Shown: positions 1-12,983 of the stretch, one piece after another
How the letters are laid out: every line of letters starts with the position of its first letter
Position numbering within the stretch: position 1 is the stretch's first letter
Source: Callorhinchus milii
Lineage: Eukaryota
Direction: 5' to 3'
Length of the DNA: 64,000 nt
Assembly (NCBI RefSeq): GCF_018977255.1
Contig: NW_024704752.1
Location: 15,500,001 to 15,564,000, forward strand
Notes under the pieces: generated by a model
Told to the model about the DNA's origin: nothing
The model's database searches: none
The model's input: the letters and a program-made list of their open reading frames with translations, nothing else
Program-made: the position numbers and the translations under genes

Positions 1-583
1 GAGGACTGCCAATAGGCAGGTCGTGCAATCTGCACTGATGTGACTTAAACCAAATAAACTGTAGTTCAGCAAAAATGGATAAATCTGCCTGTAAACAAAT
101 GCCCTGTTCTATGCCAGTCTGAACAGCAAAGCAGTCTTACTTACTGCATACAATTTGCAGCTGATTGAGATAAAGTAATTTAGGATTTATCTTTTGAGCT
201 CAACAAATGAACTGTCTTCCATTATGAGATGAAATTGCAGTCCATTTAATTTAGTGGTAGTTCTTACAAAGCCTAAAGCCAACCTTGTGATCTGATTCAG
301 CAGATACTGAAGGATCAGCGTAAGAGGTTGATTTATCTGGCTTAGTTATTCATATAATTAAAATTTGTATAACAAAAATTAGCTTACCTGAATGAGCATC
401 AGCTCAGTGGCTTTCTTGTAATATTGTTAAAAGCTTTGAGCACGATTGAAAGAGATTCAGATGCAATCTGTGCACCTGAACAATGAGCAGCATTATTGTA
501 AAGCAAAAAAAATTCTATAGATAATGCTTAATTGTCAGATTCAATTCTCTGTGCGTATCTAGGTGCTTTTATACAGTATTCTA

Positions 584-702
584 TTTAGCCCACAAAATAC
601 ACCGTCACTACACTTTACAGTATATCCTGTGAAGCTCTTTGAGATGTCCTCCCAAAGTGATGGATGCTGTATCAAATGCAAGGATTATTATTAATATTAT
701 TA
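584..702 (+). mobile_element. SINE 3' fragment
   Basis: gcccacaaaatacaccgtcactacactttacagtatatcctgtgaagc...atcaaatgcaaggattattatt. Confidence 0.85.
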
Positions 703-794
703 TCAATTGAAATAAAACAATTGACACCTTTGATGGGGTGAAAGTGACTTGTGTTTTAGAGAGGTGGAATGTGTGTAAAATGCTAAATACACAA

Positions 795-862
795 TATTAA
801 GCGCTCAGCGAGGCTGCCTCGTGTGAAGGGTGCTATATAAATCCAAGTTGTTGTTGTTATTG
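795..862 (+). mobile_element. L2/SINE-type 3' tail with (TTG)n end
   Basis: aagcgctcagcgaggctgcctcgtgtgaagggtgctatataaatccaagttgttgttgtt. Confidence 0.6.
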
Positions 863-2256
863 AACAATTAAACTGGGAGATTCAACAGGTTCACTCAGTT
901 GTGAACCTTTCTTGTATTTTTAATAGCTGATTATAATTCACAGCTGAAATTGAATAACTAACCTTTTCTATTGCTGAGCAATAATCAATGTACATCCATC
1001 TTTCTCTATTTTGTGTTGATTTCTCTGACTTTAACATGTTATGTTGATTTATCTGCTGTCACACCCTCCCCCCCCCGTGCATGTTGCAGAAAAAAATTGA
1101 TTCATTTAATTGTTCTATTTGTAAGTGTAATGTTCCAATTGGCTGATTGGTTGCAGACTCAGATTTAATTGAGAACAGACAGACCGAATGATACCCACAT
1201 GAGATGAAGTGCCAATCAATCTCCCTTTCTCTTGGCAGCAACAATGTAGAATTCGCTATTATAATGTATTTTGATCCCAAGCAGAGATTATTGAAAGTCA
1301 GAAAAGACCTCAAAAACAAGATTAATAGCTTACATAGTGTCTCTAAGAAGGATTACATGAGGTATTCTGCACGGTAATGTACGAAGACAATGAGGAAAGC
1401 AGTGCGACAGTCAAATTGATGTCCAACACCAATAATGTTCTACTTCCGTATTCAGAAAATTAAAAGTATTAATGTAATTTCCTGATTATTGGTAATTGGG
1501 CAGAAATTTATCTTCTTGATTTTCTCTCTCAGTAGAATTGGGAAGATTTTACAACACCAGACATTTCATGACCATGAAAATTGCACAATTTGCAATGTTG
1601 AACATAAGACACAACAGCTTTGCTACTGCCTGTGGTATCTACATTTAAATGCCTGCAAAGTAACATTACTGCTGTTCTATATTGTTTTAATAAAAACTGA
1701 ACCTTTTTCTGCTGTGTATGTTTGTTTATGGATTTTGGTCCACTATCTGGGGTGAATTTTTTATAATGTTTTAGAATGAGTATGATAATCATAACATCAA
1801 AGACATCATAAAATGTAAATTTAATCCCTCAGTTTCAAGCTTGAATATTGTCTGTCCAATGCAGCGCCAATTGATACAGTTGATTTTAAAATGCCCAAGT
1901 GTATAAAATTACCCATATTCACTAAGCAGTGATGAATTGTATGCTGACTAAATTTGTACATATTCCAATACTATACAAAGCTTTAATATATGTCACGGTA
2001 TACACCAGTTTGATATTTTGATAGCAACAGGTGATAGATTATTTTATTTGATACAATTGAACTTTGTTAAGTGTATTGCAGTTATAGATACATCACCTTG
2101 AATCCAAGTTATAAAGTGGGGAAGCTGATAGAGTCTATAACCTTGGATAACGTCAGGTTAAAATACAGACCTTATTATGTTTTTCTTCTACGTATCTATC
2201 GTAGATTTGCAACCAAATATACATGCCAGCAGGTGCAATCTGAGGGTTAAAATACG

Positions 2257-2345
2257 TGGGACAGAGTGGCACAGTGAGTTTGAATCTTTTCATTTCTGTG
2301 ACTTGAGTTCAAATAAAGCTCAAAATGATGGGATGAAAGTCACTG
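2257..2345 (+). mobile_element. LF-SINE-like head remnant
   Basis: tttcatttctgtgacttgagttcaaataaagctcaaaatgatgggatgaaagtc resembles the LF-SINE-type tttcacctctgggacctgggttcaaatccagcccagactgatgggatgaaagtc (recalled consensus). Confidence 0.5.
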
Positions 2346-3492
2346 TGTGGAGCATTTCCTTCATTGTATGCTCCTCTTTATCACTTGGAACTGCTATCTA
2401 TTCCTCTGGTGGAATGTGCTTGGTTTTATTAAGTGGATTTTTGGTCAGGCATGAATAGAATGTGTCCTATCGTGGATTGTCTCGTATCTTTTCATAGACA
2501 GTCGGTTTTGCTCTGATTGTATTTATTCTGTGGCCTGTAACAATTGCATATTCTTCTAACTGGGAAATTAATGTGTCACTTGATTCCAATCAATGTTCCC
2601 AGCAGAACAGATAACAGTTCCAAAAAGACTCATAGCGTAGTGAAACAAAACTCCTCAAGTACCCTAGCATAGAATTGACATGGATGTTCTGATGCTACTG
2701 CACAATACGCTGAAGCCTTTACGGTCTATTTCTTGCGGGGACGGGGGGAAATATTTTTATAGCACTTTACACAAAAATATATCATGTTGTTTCACAAGCA
2801 ATTACCATCAAGTGAAGTGATTGTTTCATGTAAGCAAATACATTAGCTCAGCTGAATTGTACCCATCCTGACTGCACTAGTCAACAGCCAGCCTTGCAAG
2901 GTTGTTGACGTGGAACTGAGTTTCACTGTGGCTGTTGGACCACTTCAGTCAGACGCTGATCCTGTGATGGATTCCAACTCCTAAAGCTAGTAATTTAGGT
3001 GTGACTTGACTAAAAGTAGTTAAAGATTTTTTTTTCTTGAAACATTAGAGGTAAAGGCACATATTTACTTTTTATTATATTATTATTGAAGACTTCCTAA
3101 ATAAAGTTTATTTCACCACCACCAACACTGTCCAGCCCCTTTTCCCTCATAAAGTGCAGTCCTGAAACAATCTGTGTAAATCATAACAGATTGATTCAAA
3201 GTGAAAACTTGTGCGTGAGATTAATGCTTTATTCTACAGCACAAGAGCTATTGAGTGTTTTTCAAATCTGGCTTAGTTTGCGTATATGATGCCCATAATC
3301 AAACATGCATAATAAGGGACTATAGTTTTTAAATGACAGACTGATTTATTTCAGTCAGTCTTTCTTCTAATTGACTTAACAATGTTGGTCATGATGTGAT
3401 AAAACATGAATTTATAGCTGAACAGAAGTGGAGAATGTCGATTGATGTTAATTTCCATAATGTTAGATTTTTAGCAGGGATAGTGGAGCTGC

Positions 3493-3612
3493 AATAATAA
3501 TATTAATCCTTGCATTTGATATAGCGCCTTATCACATCTTCGAGACGTCTCTAAGCACTTCACAGAATATACTGTAAAGTGAATCAACTGTATATTTTTT
3601 GGTGAAACGCGA
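3493..3612 (-). mobile_element. SINE 3' fragment
   Basis: taatccttgcatttgatatagcgccttatcacatcttcgagacgtctc...gtaaagtgaatc. Confidence 0.9.
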
Positions 3613-4699
3613 GTGAGCACTGCTGCACAGGGCAATGCAAGAATTCATGTCTGATCCGATATGTCTACAAATGTCTTGCTCATCACCCCCAGGCCAGACA
3701 ACCTGCTTGTCAGCCACTACCAATCGTGCTCTGCAGCAGTCACTGGAAGGTGTACAGGAGGAGAATTGATCTGGGTGCAGTCTTGGGTTTTTCCTGAATC
3801 CTCTTTCAAATGCTACCTTCCATCTGTTTTGTAATTTGACATGAAAGAAACGTTGTCATGCAGCGTACACTAATCTGCTTGTCAGAGAATGTACATTAAA
3901 GTAAAGGATAAATGAAAACCATTCCTGTTGCATTCAAGAACTTTAAATCTTTTTGTCCATCTGACCTACTGAATATAATAAGATTTCAATGTATTTCTGC
4001 CCAAAGCAGACAACAGCAACCAGTACAGGAATGCCTCTGATGATAAAAGTTGATTGGGAGCGTTTTTTTAATGTGTCCCTGTTTTACAATAAAACACAGA
4101 TAAGTTCACAATCAAATATAATAGATTACAATCAGCTTTTATAAAGATGAATACTACAAAACTTAATGCTGCTTGGTGTGGTTCCCACTGCCCAACAACA
4201 TGTTTGGCAGTATTATGTTGAGAGATATGTTACAATGAGAGACCCTGGGCTGCATGGATAGCTCTAAAACAGAATGCATACTGTATGTAAGTACTTTATC
4301 CTATGCTAACTTTCACCTTTTAATGGAATTAGAATATGCTGTGCTGTTTACCGCACAATGTTTTGTGCTTTAAACATTATGCCTTATTCATCTTAAGCAT
4401 TCTACTTTCCGTTCAGATCCACAGGATTACATTAATGGTTACAATATTGGACTGTCTGCAAACAGCAGTGTGCAGAACAAAACATTCACTGTTTGCTAGA
4501 TGTATTATAAGTGTGATCATTTAGCCCAGTATTTCAGCATGTGGGTGTAAGCCTTCACATGAAGACAGTGCTGTAATTCACTGGAGTGATATCAGTGGTG
4601 GACTTTCAGAGTGCTGAGAAGTGTGTTGGGGGAGTTGTCTTCCATGGTAGTGAAGAGAAGTGTTTTGTGTCACTTGTGGGAGGATTTCATTCACCGAGA

Positions 4700-6760
4700 T
4701 AAATGAGTAAATGTCAGGTGAAGGTTGAACTAATGTGAATATTCAGTGTGACACTTGTATGTTTTTCATATCTTGCACTGATTCACACTCCAATAGACTT
4801 GAACAGGACCTGAACAAGTCTGCAAGTAAGATCCATTTTCATCCTAAACTTGAAAATACATTTTCTAAATTCCAAATGACTATGGATTAATACCAATATG
4901 TAATCTGAAGTTGTTCTGCACTAGAATACATTAACCTCTGTTTTTAGAAGTGCCTGGAATAGCCTTTACTGTTCATCTGCGTAAGCACTACTGATTGAGG
5001 TGTGCTGTGGCATTTGTTTTCAAAGCTGTTGTGGATGTAAGTGAATAGTCCTAATTCCACTCTTCCTGAATAAACCGTGTAAACAAGTCATTATTCAAGG
5101 GCGTTGAACTTAGTCTCAATTGACATGATCTCACTGACGGAGTGTGTAAATGAAAAAGAGGAAAGGACTCACAGAGTATCAATTGCACAACGAGGCTTAT
5201 CTATGGCTCACTGACCAGGCTGGCACAGTGTAAAAGGCCCAATTAACTTTTTTCCATGCCCCCTTCCTGTTATTGAGTGCTTAGAGCCCCACCATCACAG
5301 TACTATGTGCGAGCAAAGAGTCAAGGAGTCACGAGAGGAGTTCTTCCTTCATCGTATCAATTATTTTATTTCCTTATCTAGATTCTGTTACCGAATAAAG
5401 GAAATGATTTTTTTAATGATCTTGTATCTCAATTTAATTATTCAAACTTTTTTTTAAATTAGACCTGATTAAACAGTTGAAAAACTTTTGAAAAGGTCTG
5501 TGATTCGAAACTTCTGACGAACTCAATAAAAGATTCTAATGTTGTCAGAAAAGTTTAGGAAAGTTATTTATATTCTCAAAGAATTTCCACTGTACTATTG
5601 TAGATCGACTGGATAAGTACTTGGGCTCTGAAGATAAATTAAACAGAGTATCCTTTCCCTAGTGGTCTTGTAATTGAGTACAGTGTTATGCCTTCAAATA
5701 ATCTTTTGATGTTCTAGTCTGTTGTCTTTTCAAACTACATTGATCTAGAATTTAATATTAACTTTGACAATTGGTGGCTGAAAATGGCAATTGGCACCTA
5801 TTTGCAATGTAGTTTCCAAAGGACAGGTAAAGCCAGTAGATTTGGATCTGTTATTCAGTTACAAGCTCAAGTCTAGGAACTTGGCTATCAATGCATATCT
5901 TTGGGACATGTTTATCCGAACTTTCACGTAAAGAATTAACATTTGATTGAGTATAAATGGAGATATTCTCCACTTGAACCCTAACTACTCTACTTTTCTG
6001 ATCAATTTTACTTTTTTATAACTGAACTGATGCTGTCTCTTTGCTGTGGACAGATGACATTTCCAGTTTGTGAATGTGATTTATTTATTTTCTGATTTTA
6101 TTTTTGATCCAAGTCTTTTGCTGTCCGATTTAATTATGTTTCTGCTGATGACTGCTTGCTTGACTCTTCACCCTTTTATCTTAGGTTTGTCTAGTTCCAC
6201 TTCAGTGCAGAGAGACCTCAGCAACTACTGATGGCCTTAAGTACATCCACATTCCAGACGTTCCCTGTTTGTTAGTCATTTCAAGAAAATCATCAAACTG
6301 TCTGGTAGCATTTTTATTTATTATTTCTATATAACTCGGTAATGTTAAGTAGATTTTTTTTCAGTTTCTTAATCCGTCTTTGTGCTCTCATCATATCTTT
6401 GATCTCTCATGTAGGCTTTCATTCAAGTATCCACTCTATTTAATTCATTGTAATTATTTAATTAAAAAGTTGTTCTGCTTCCTCTATGGGTCACCTGCAA
6501 AAAACAGTCATATTGGAGAAGGGGGCTGGATTTCTACTGATGGGACCAGTAGCAATTTCTACTGCTTACTGCCGAGAGGCAAACAGGATTTAAACTTTCC
6601 TTTCCAAATCTCATTGGGAGCAATGTCAAAAGTGCTATTTAAAAGCCAAGAAAAAAGTTTAAGCGCGTCAATATTATACCCTTTCCATGTTATATATAAG
6701 CCGATAAATAGTATCTGCCCTATTAAATGAATTTAATAGGGAAACACAATTTCCATGTTC
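4700..6760 (-). mobile_element. Highly decayed LTR-retroelement/ERV pol relic (RT-RNase H-integrase)
   Basis: Collinear minus-strand motifs: TGFTC(P)FGNYIANRC (5791-5837), LESFIEFVRSF...KKKFE (about 5445-5540), T*YCDGGA (YCDGGA at 5285-5302), IHSHL (about 4880) and VNQCKI* (about 4775). Many stops and frameshifts; boundaries approximate. Confidence 0.55.
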
Positions 6761-7212
6761 ATTTTTCTTTCAATTCTCGTTAAAACGTTAATCCATTCTC
6801 TGTATTTGTATTCAAACTATTCCAGTTATCTTTGGTGCGTAAACCTTCATGCAGAGGGAACAAGCTGAAGAACACAGTGCACACACAGCTGATAAGGACC
6901 AGCAGCACTAGATGAGTTATAGTGGTTGTGATATGAATGGTTTATTTCCATTGCTCCATGACTTGTTTGATTGAACTTTTATTCCACTTGTACAGCACAA
7001 TTAATATGTAGAGTTTTTGAATTGTTATCCAACAATTTGCCATTGTTAACTCAGACTTAGTGAGAGTCGGTGAAGTATTTGATGACATCATCTTGACACA
7101 AAATTAACCCCCAAAATGTGACAGTTAAACATTTTTATTAACTAATCATGAATCGTAACAGAATTAAAAAGGACCCAGCCATTAATTGAAGGATTCAAAA
7201 GTAATGTTAACC

Positions 7213-7303
7213 CACAGTCACCACACTTTATAGTATATCCTGTGAGTGCTGTGAGACATCCTCCCAATGTGAAAGGTGCCATACCAATGCAAGGATTATT
7301 TAT
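7213..7303 (+). mobile_element. SINE 3' fragment
   Basis: cacagtcaccacactttatagtatatcctgtgag...gaaaggtgccataccaatgcaaggattatt. Confidence 0.8.
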
Positions 7304-8166
7304 TATTTATAGTCCGTCCACACTGTATGATTTCAAGGACATAATTTGCAAACATACCATAAATTATCTGCAGGTTTGTTCCTTAAACTGTTAAACGGTT
7401 CTAAGTCATTTTCCCTATTTTATGTCTTACGTAATTCTGGAAATTGCTTGTCCTCTATAAAATATTCAACAGTTCCAATTTTGATGTGTGACCCTGCCCG
7501 AACAATATGTTTCTTTAACATTTTTACAGAATAAATTTTTTATTGCAAGGAGCTGCTGGAATAGGATTAAAGGTCTAAGGAACTAGTCTTTTAACTAGTC
7601 ATTTTCCCTATGTATATTTTACATGATTTATAAAGTTGGTTAAAATGGATCCTCTAATCATTGGGAAGTCATTCTAGTGTTGAATTACAACATCACTATT
7701 AAAGCTACATTTATGGCATGTAATTCCTCTATATTTCAGTCTATTGACATGAGAGCTGTATAATATTCCCTCCTCAGGGCTCACTATGAGAATCTGACAT
7801 TTTACATTTACTTTAATGTGTTTCCATTCACGAGCAGCTCAATAGCTGTTCAGGACGCAATGTGTCAAGAGGAAAATGTATCCATGAACTATTTTGCCCC
7901 CATAATGTGATTTGATTTCCACTTCGCTAAAAAATTACCACTTCTGCATAAACATGGACAAATTGATCTCTTCATGCTTTTGGAAAAAGGAAAGCAAGAA
8001 GTACATTGTTTAACTTTCCTAGTATTTGTCTTCAGCTAAAAACATGCAAATGATCACAAGGTTAGCTTCAAAGTTTTTTTTCCATCTCTCAACAAAATGG
8101 TTCTGCTATTTCCACGTACAGTGAGCCTCTTATTTCCATGTAAAGTGAAAATGTGGAGCTGATGTT

Positions 8167-8452
8167 AGCCCACAAAACACAGTCACTACACTTCAACAGC
8201 AACAAATTACATTTGTATAGATTATCTTGTTTCCATCACAAAAGGCCCTTCGCACATGCTCAATGTCCCATTGGCCTTGCTCCCATGCCAGTATTGCCTT
8301 GCCTTGCTCCTGCACTCTCAAAATTCTAGCTATGGAAGTGTCTCACCTGATGAGCCACCACTGCTCCACTTTACAGTATATCTTGTGAAGCACTTTGAGA
8401 CATCCTCCCGACGTGAAAGGCGCTATACCAAATGTAAAGAGTACAGATTATT
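8167..8452 (+). mobile_element. SINE 3' fragment split by a nested antisense insertion (8194-8366)
   Basis: gcccacaaaacacagtcactaCACTT [173 nt] CACTTtacagtatatcttgtgaagcactttgagacatcctcccgacgtgaaaggcgctat. Confidence 0.8.
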
Positions 8453-10049
8453 ATAATGTCCAACTTTGCCCATACTTTGACTGTAGATAATTGAAAAGGA
8501 TAGACACATTGAAGCTTGTAAAACCATTTAACTTCCCCCACATTAGTGTCACAAATTAATGCATTATTCTGGTTAAAAATAATCTCTAAAGCTGCAATTA
8601 CATGTCTCGATGAAGCCTAAAGTTTAAGCTAGCTTTAAAATATTTTCTTTTTCACTCGCCAAATGGACTCCCCTGCACACCTAAGGTTTGTTTGATGTGG
8701 ATCTTGCCTGTATACAGATGGATATCCCCACTATTATTCCCTTTAAAAGGAGTACTATACATGATGACTAGCCCAGTCCCTGCACTCCCCGACAATACCA
8801 GTCTGTTCTGTACTCCTTCCCTCGGCTCCCATCCTGATGGAGGAGGGGGGGATTCCATTTTGGACACGTATATTGGTTTGTAATTGAGCAAGGATATAAT
8901 CGTATCAGCGCTACGCCTACCTTGCAAGAAGAAAACTTTCAATGATTCGCAAAACATTTAAATTTTACATTAAAGCTACCAATAAAGATTGCTGAGCAAT
9001 TTTGTTTAGCTTTAAGTGAAATATCTCTACTGTACCTCGACTCTCAATTGCAAATTTACCTTTATTGCAAATCTGCAGCTAAATTACACTCTGACCAAGT
9101 AACAATTAATGAGAGTTAAATGGAATATAAAATCTTACCTCTTGACCTTGAAATTAACTCGGGCCGTGAATCCCCTAGAAACAAAAGAGATTTATGTCAG
9201 GCTGATTTGAATGTCTGACGTGAATCTCCTGTCATTTTCTCCAGAAAGGAGAACTCAGTACATGTGTCAGGCTTGTAATTTAATACTGCCCAGTGCTTTA
9301 ATTGAATCTGAGCAGCCCTAAGTATAAATCCTGGGAGATTGCATTCAGTTCAGGTCATCCTGACATAAACGAAATACATTCTTCACAAAGGATGCCGTTT
9401 TTACCCAAGCTATCATTACAAAGAATGTACTTTTATAATGAAAACGCTGTCCTTTTCTCTTTGTTTGGTTTCTCTGCTTTGCTTTGTTCAGGGGACACCT
9501 TTTCTTAAATCAATATATTTAATACATTTACACTGTAATCAGTCAATAAAGACATTTATCTCCTCCCTTGATTTTCACAATTCTCTTTCTCTCGCAAAAC
9601 ATCAAACTTAACATTTCTAGTTTTATATCTACTTCAACTTAAGGTCAATTAATATTCTCAAACTGAATAGTTTGCTTACAGGTTATTTTACCCCTGAGAT
9701 TTATTTTTGTCTAAAATACATTTCATGAAATTGAAGTGATGATTTTCACTAATAGTTCACAATACTGTGGTCTTACAGTAGTCTGGCAAAGTTTTCCAAA
9801 AATAGATTTGAAAGCTCTTCAGCTTGTCTTTGTTCGTCACCAAATAATATCCCACTGAAATCGTTGCCTTGCTCATTCAAACCAAACCTACTGAGGGAAT
9901 ATTTCAATTGCTTGCTCCCAGCTCTGTTCTCGACAGAATAATGGTCAAACAATCAGAAAACCAGTGTGGTATCTATCTTTTCTTTGTCTTTCAGGTACTA
10001 TTTTATTGTATTTTGAAAAACATTTGCACAGTTGATCCCATTTCTTTTT

Positions 10050-11000
10050 TTTGATTTTAACGTGTAATGATCCCACTTCAAGGCCCTGTTTAGCCTTTGG
10101 CTAAATTGGACTTTCCCCTTTGAGGCCCAGCCAAGCCTGTAACTATTTATCTCTCGTCAAGTATATGTGTACTCTGTTTAAATGTACCAAATAAACACCC
10201 AGTCACCTACATTTAATGTATTCAGAATAACTTTACAATATAAATCAGTTGCTATGTTAGTTTCCTGTCACCTCCATCTGATCATCATCTGTTGTTTGGT
10301 GTTCCTTGTATAACTTCAACCTCTGTTAGATGCTGCTACTAAGCTCCAACCTGCATTACTTTTGAACTCTCATTACGTTACACGCTTTGGCTGTAAAGTC
10401 ACATGTTCTAAATTTATTTTATATTGCTTTCAAAAGTGTAATTTCCCCCCCCCCCTCCCCCCCAGACTAGCATAGTATATCTCTTGACAAGGCAAACATT
10501 TATGCAATCAGTTGTTAAGATTTTATTTCTTGCTTTATCCTTCAAGAAGAATTCTATTTTAGTTACAAATCCTTTTCTTATTGTGAGTTCATTCTGTATT
10601 GTGTGAGCGTACAGTCCTTTTTCTGGGCTCTTTGCAGAGTTTCAGTTTCTCCTCAGATTGCTGCTTTGTTTCATTGACAGCTGTAGTAATTATCTTATGT
10701 TTCTACACAGTCTCTTGTGTTTTCAATCCTGCTTTTTGCCCCCCCCGAAATAATAATTAAATAATTATTGTTACTGTGAAGTTATATCTCCTTTGTGTTG
10801 ATTTTTTTCAATCGAGTTAATTTCCATCTGCTTTATGTCTTTGGTAAATGGTGTACAGATACAATTCCTCAACTGTTTCACTTCACATCAACATTTCAGT
10901 CAAATTCACCCTCCTGGTTTGCTCTCCTGCTTATGAATATCTACCCATTTATTTAGCACAGTCTCCGTTTTGTCTAATTGGTCGTCTCTGTTATCTTATA
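10050..11000 (-). mobile_element. Possible decayed Gypsy-type RNase H/integrase relic
   Basis: Minus-strand ELYLYT, RYNFTV, QNELTIRKG (10570-10596), LNVGDWVFI (10190-10216) and QAWLG in the expected order. Confidence 0.4.
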
Positions 11001-12593
11001 GCCACATCATTTCGCATTGAGGTGTCATCACACTCACTTGTACTTCCTGATTTAATTATCTACATTCTGCATGGTTAATGTCTCCTTTTACCCAGAGGTT
11101 ATTTTTTGATCTTCAGTCTTTTTTTAATATAAAGGTATTTTCTTTCCATCAAGAGGGAGATTGGTGCCTAGCTCTCTACAAATCCTGCTCTATGATTTGC
11201 CACTGAGGATGACTATAAAATAGCTGAGTTGAAATGCTTTTCCTCATGTCCGGTTGGGACACTCAACCTACAATATATAACATCTCCCTACAATATAATT
11301 GAGATTTTCTTTTGGTCTGATACATGCAGAAATCCATCATCATGCTTAAGAGTATCCACATCAGACAGAGAATTCCACATATGTATGCCAACTCCACATG
11401 GAAATTTTCCCTGTGTCTGGAATGGAATGTACACTCTCTCCCTGGAGGTTTGCCTAATTCTGGTAAATTTTAGGCACAGATTGTCATGAGAAAAGGTTTG
11501 GAGACTCCGGAGGGTGCATAGGGAGTTTCACCAGCTGAAACCCCATAGCTTGCCATTAATAAATAGTACATCATCTCAGTGGACATTAGCGAGTGTGTGA
11601 GAGATAGAGTTAGAGAGAGAGAAAGTGTGCGAAAGACAGTCAGATTCAAGTTTACTGCCTTGCAATCGTCCTGCTGCTTATCCAGCATTCGCATCTTCCT
11701 GTTAGGTCTTTGTCTTATAGCATTAACAGGAGCTTAGTAGGAAGTACCATTTTCTCATTCCACATTCATGAACTTTACTCGTCTTTGGATTTACCAGATA
11801 GAACCACAGTGCTTCTTTTCTATTCCTCTGCATTTCTATTTTCATCGGTTCCTTCCTCTAGTTTCTTTTCTTACTTAAAATACACCATGGAAAGTGGTAT
11901 CATATGATAAAGGCTGTAGCTTATAGTTTTGCTACAATTAGATCATACATAATCAAATACAGTTCCATTCATTATATTTTATTTAAACCAAAAGTCCATT
12001 AAAAGGTTATTGTCTTTGAAACCCCATTATAAGGCAAAGTATGGAAGAGAGGAAATCCCTCAATGTTAGCTGTGGTTAGGTAATGCATATAGCATAACAA
12101 GTATGCCAGAATGTAGTTCAAGGCTATATCACATAATTTAGGTTTCGGCGAGCATTGCAAAACACAGCAACAGTGACTTGTATTTCATAAAGATTATCTA
12201 AAGAGAATTATTTAGTAGGTTTGGCCAACATGCTCTTTAACAATTGCTGTCTAGGTAAAAATAGATGCTTATGATAATTTTAGGTTATCTGGGGCTGAAT
12301 TTGCCAATTCAACTATAATGAGGGAGTCTGCTGCTATTCCATGTCTCTGTGGATTGGAGGCATTGTGAGTAGCTTCATTAAAACAATGGGAATATGGATC
12401 CTTTTTAATGCTGTTTAATGATCTCAGTCATTATTCACTCGCAGCCAATAGTTTCTGAAGCAGCTCCTCCCAGAAGTTGAATCCGCACGAGAATTTACCC
12501 CCAATATGACAATTCCCATTCAATGTTGGAAAATTTGTAGGTGTTAAAAACCTATATACTAAAAAAAGACTTTATGGACTTAAGGCGACAACA

Positions 12594-12730
12594 GTAATAA
12601 TAGTAATAATCCTTAATTTGTTGTAGTGCCTTTCACGTTGTCGAGACGTATCAAAACGCTTCACAGGATACACTGTAAAGTGGATTAACTGTATGTATTT
12701 TGAAAGTGGACTGACTGTATTTTGTGGGAA
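12594..12730 (-). mobile_element. SINE 3' fragment with a short internal tandem duplication
   Basis: taatcctt...cgagacgtatcaaaacgcttcacaggatacactgt, then aaagtggattaactgtatgtatttt / aaagtggactgactgtatttt. Confidence 0.85.
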
Positions 12731-12983
12731 AGATCAACTCCTTTAAAGTTTAATTGGACACCAACATTTTATTTGATTTAATGATCTGAAGCACATTGTA
12801 AAGCAGAAAGGAACTCCAGTTATGCTGTAACTTAATTAATTTGCTAGCACTCCCCTACACACTTCCTTGAACTACTTTCCCACAGGCAGCTCCTGCGAAG
12901 AAGTCACGACAACAAATCAGTAGCTGATCTTTTGTTTTCTTGCTTTCTAAACCTTTTCCCTGACATTTCCTGTACAAATTGGA

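Noticed and set aside
8652-8957. 101-aa minus-strand ORF next to the micro-exon candidate
   Set aside because: No homology recognised and only a mediocre acceptor, so not enough to call it coding.
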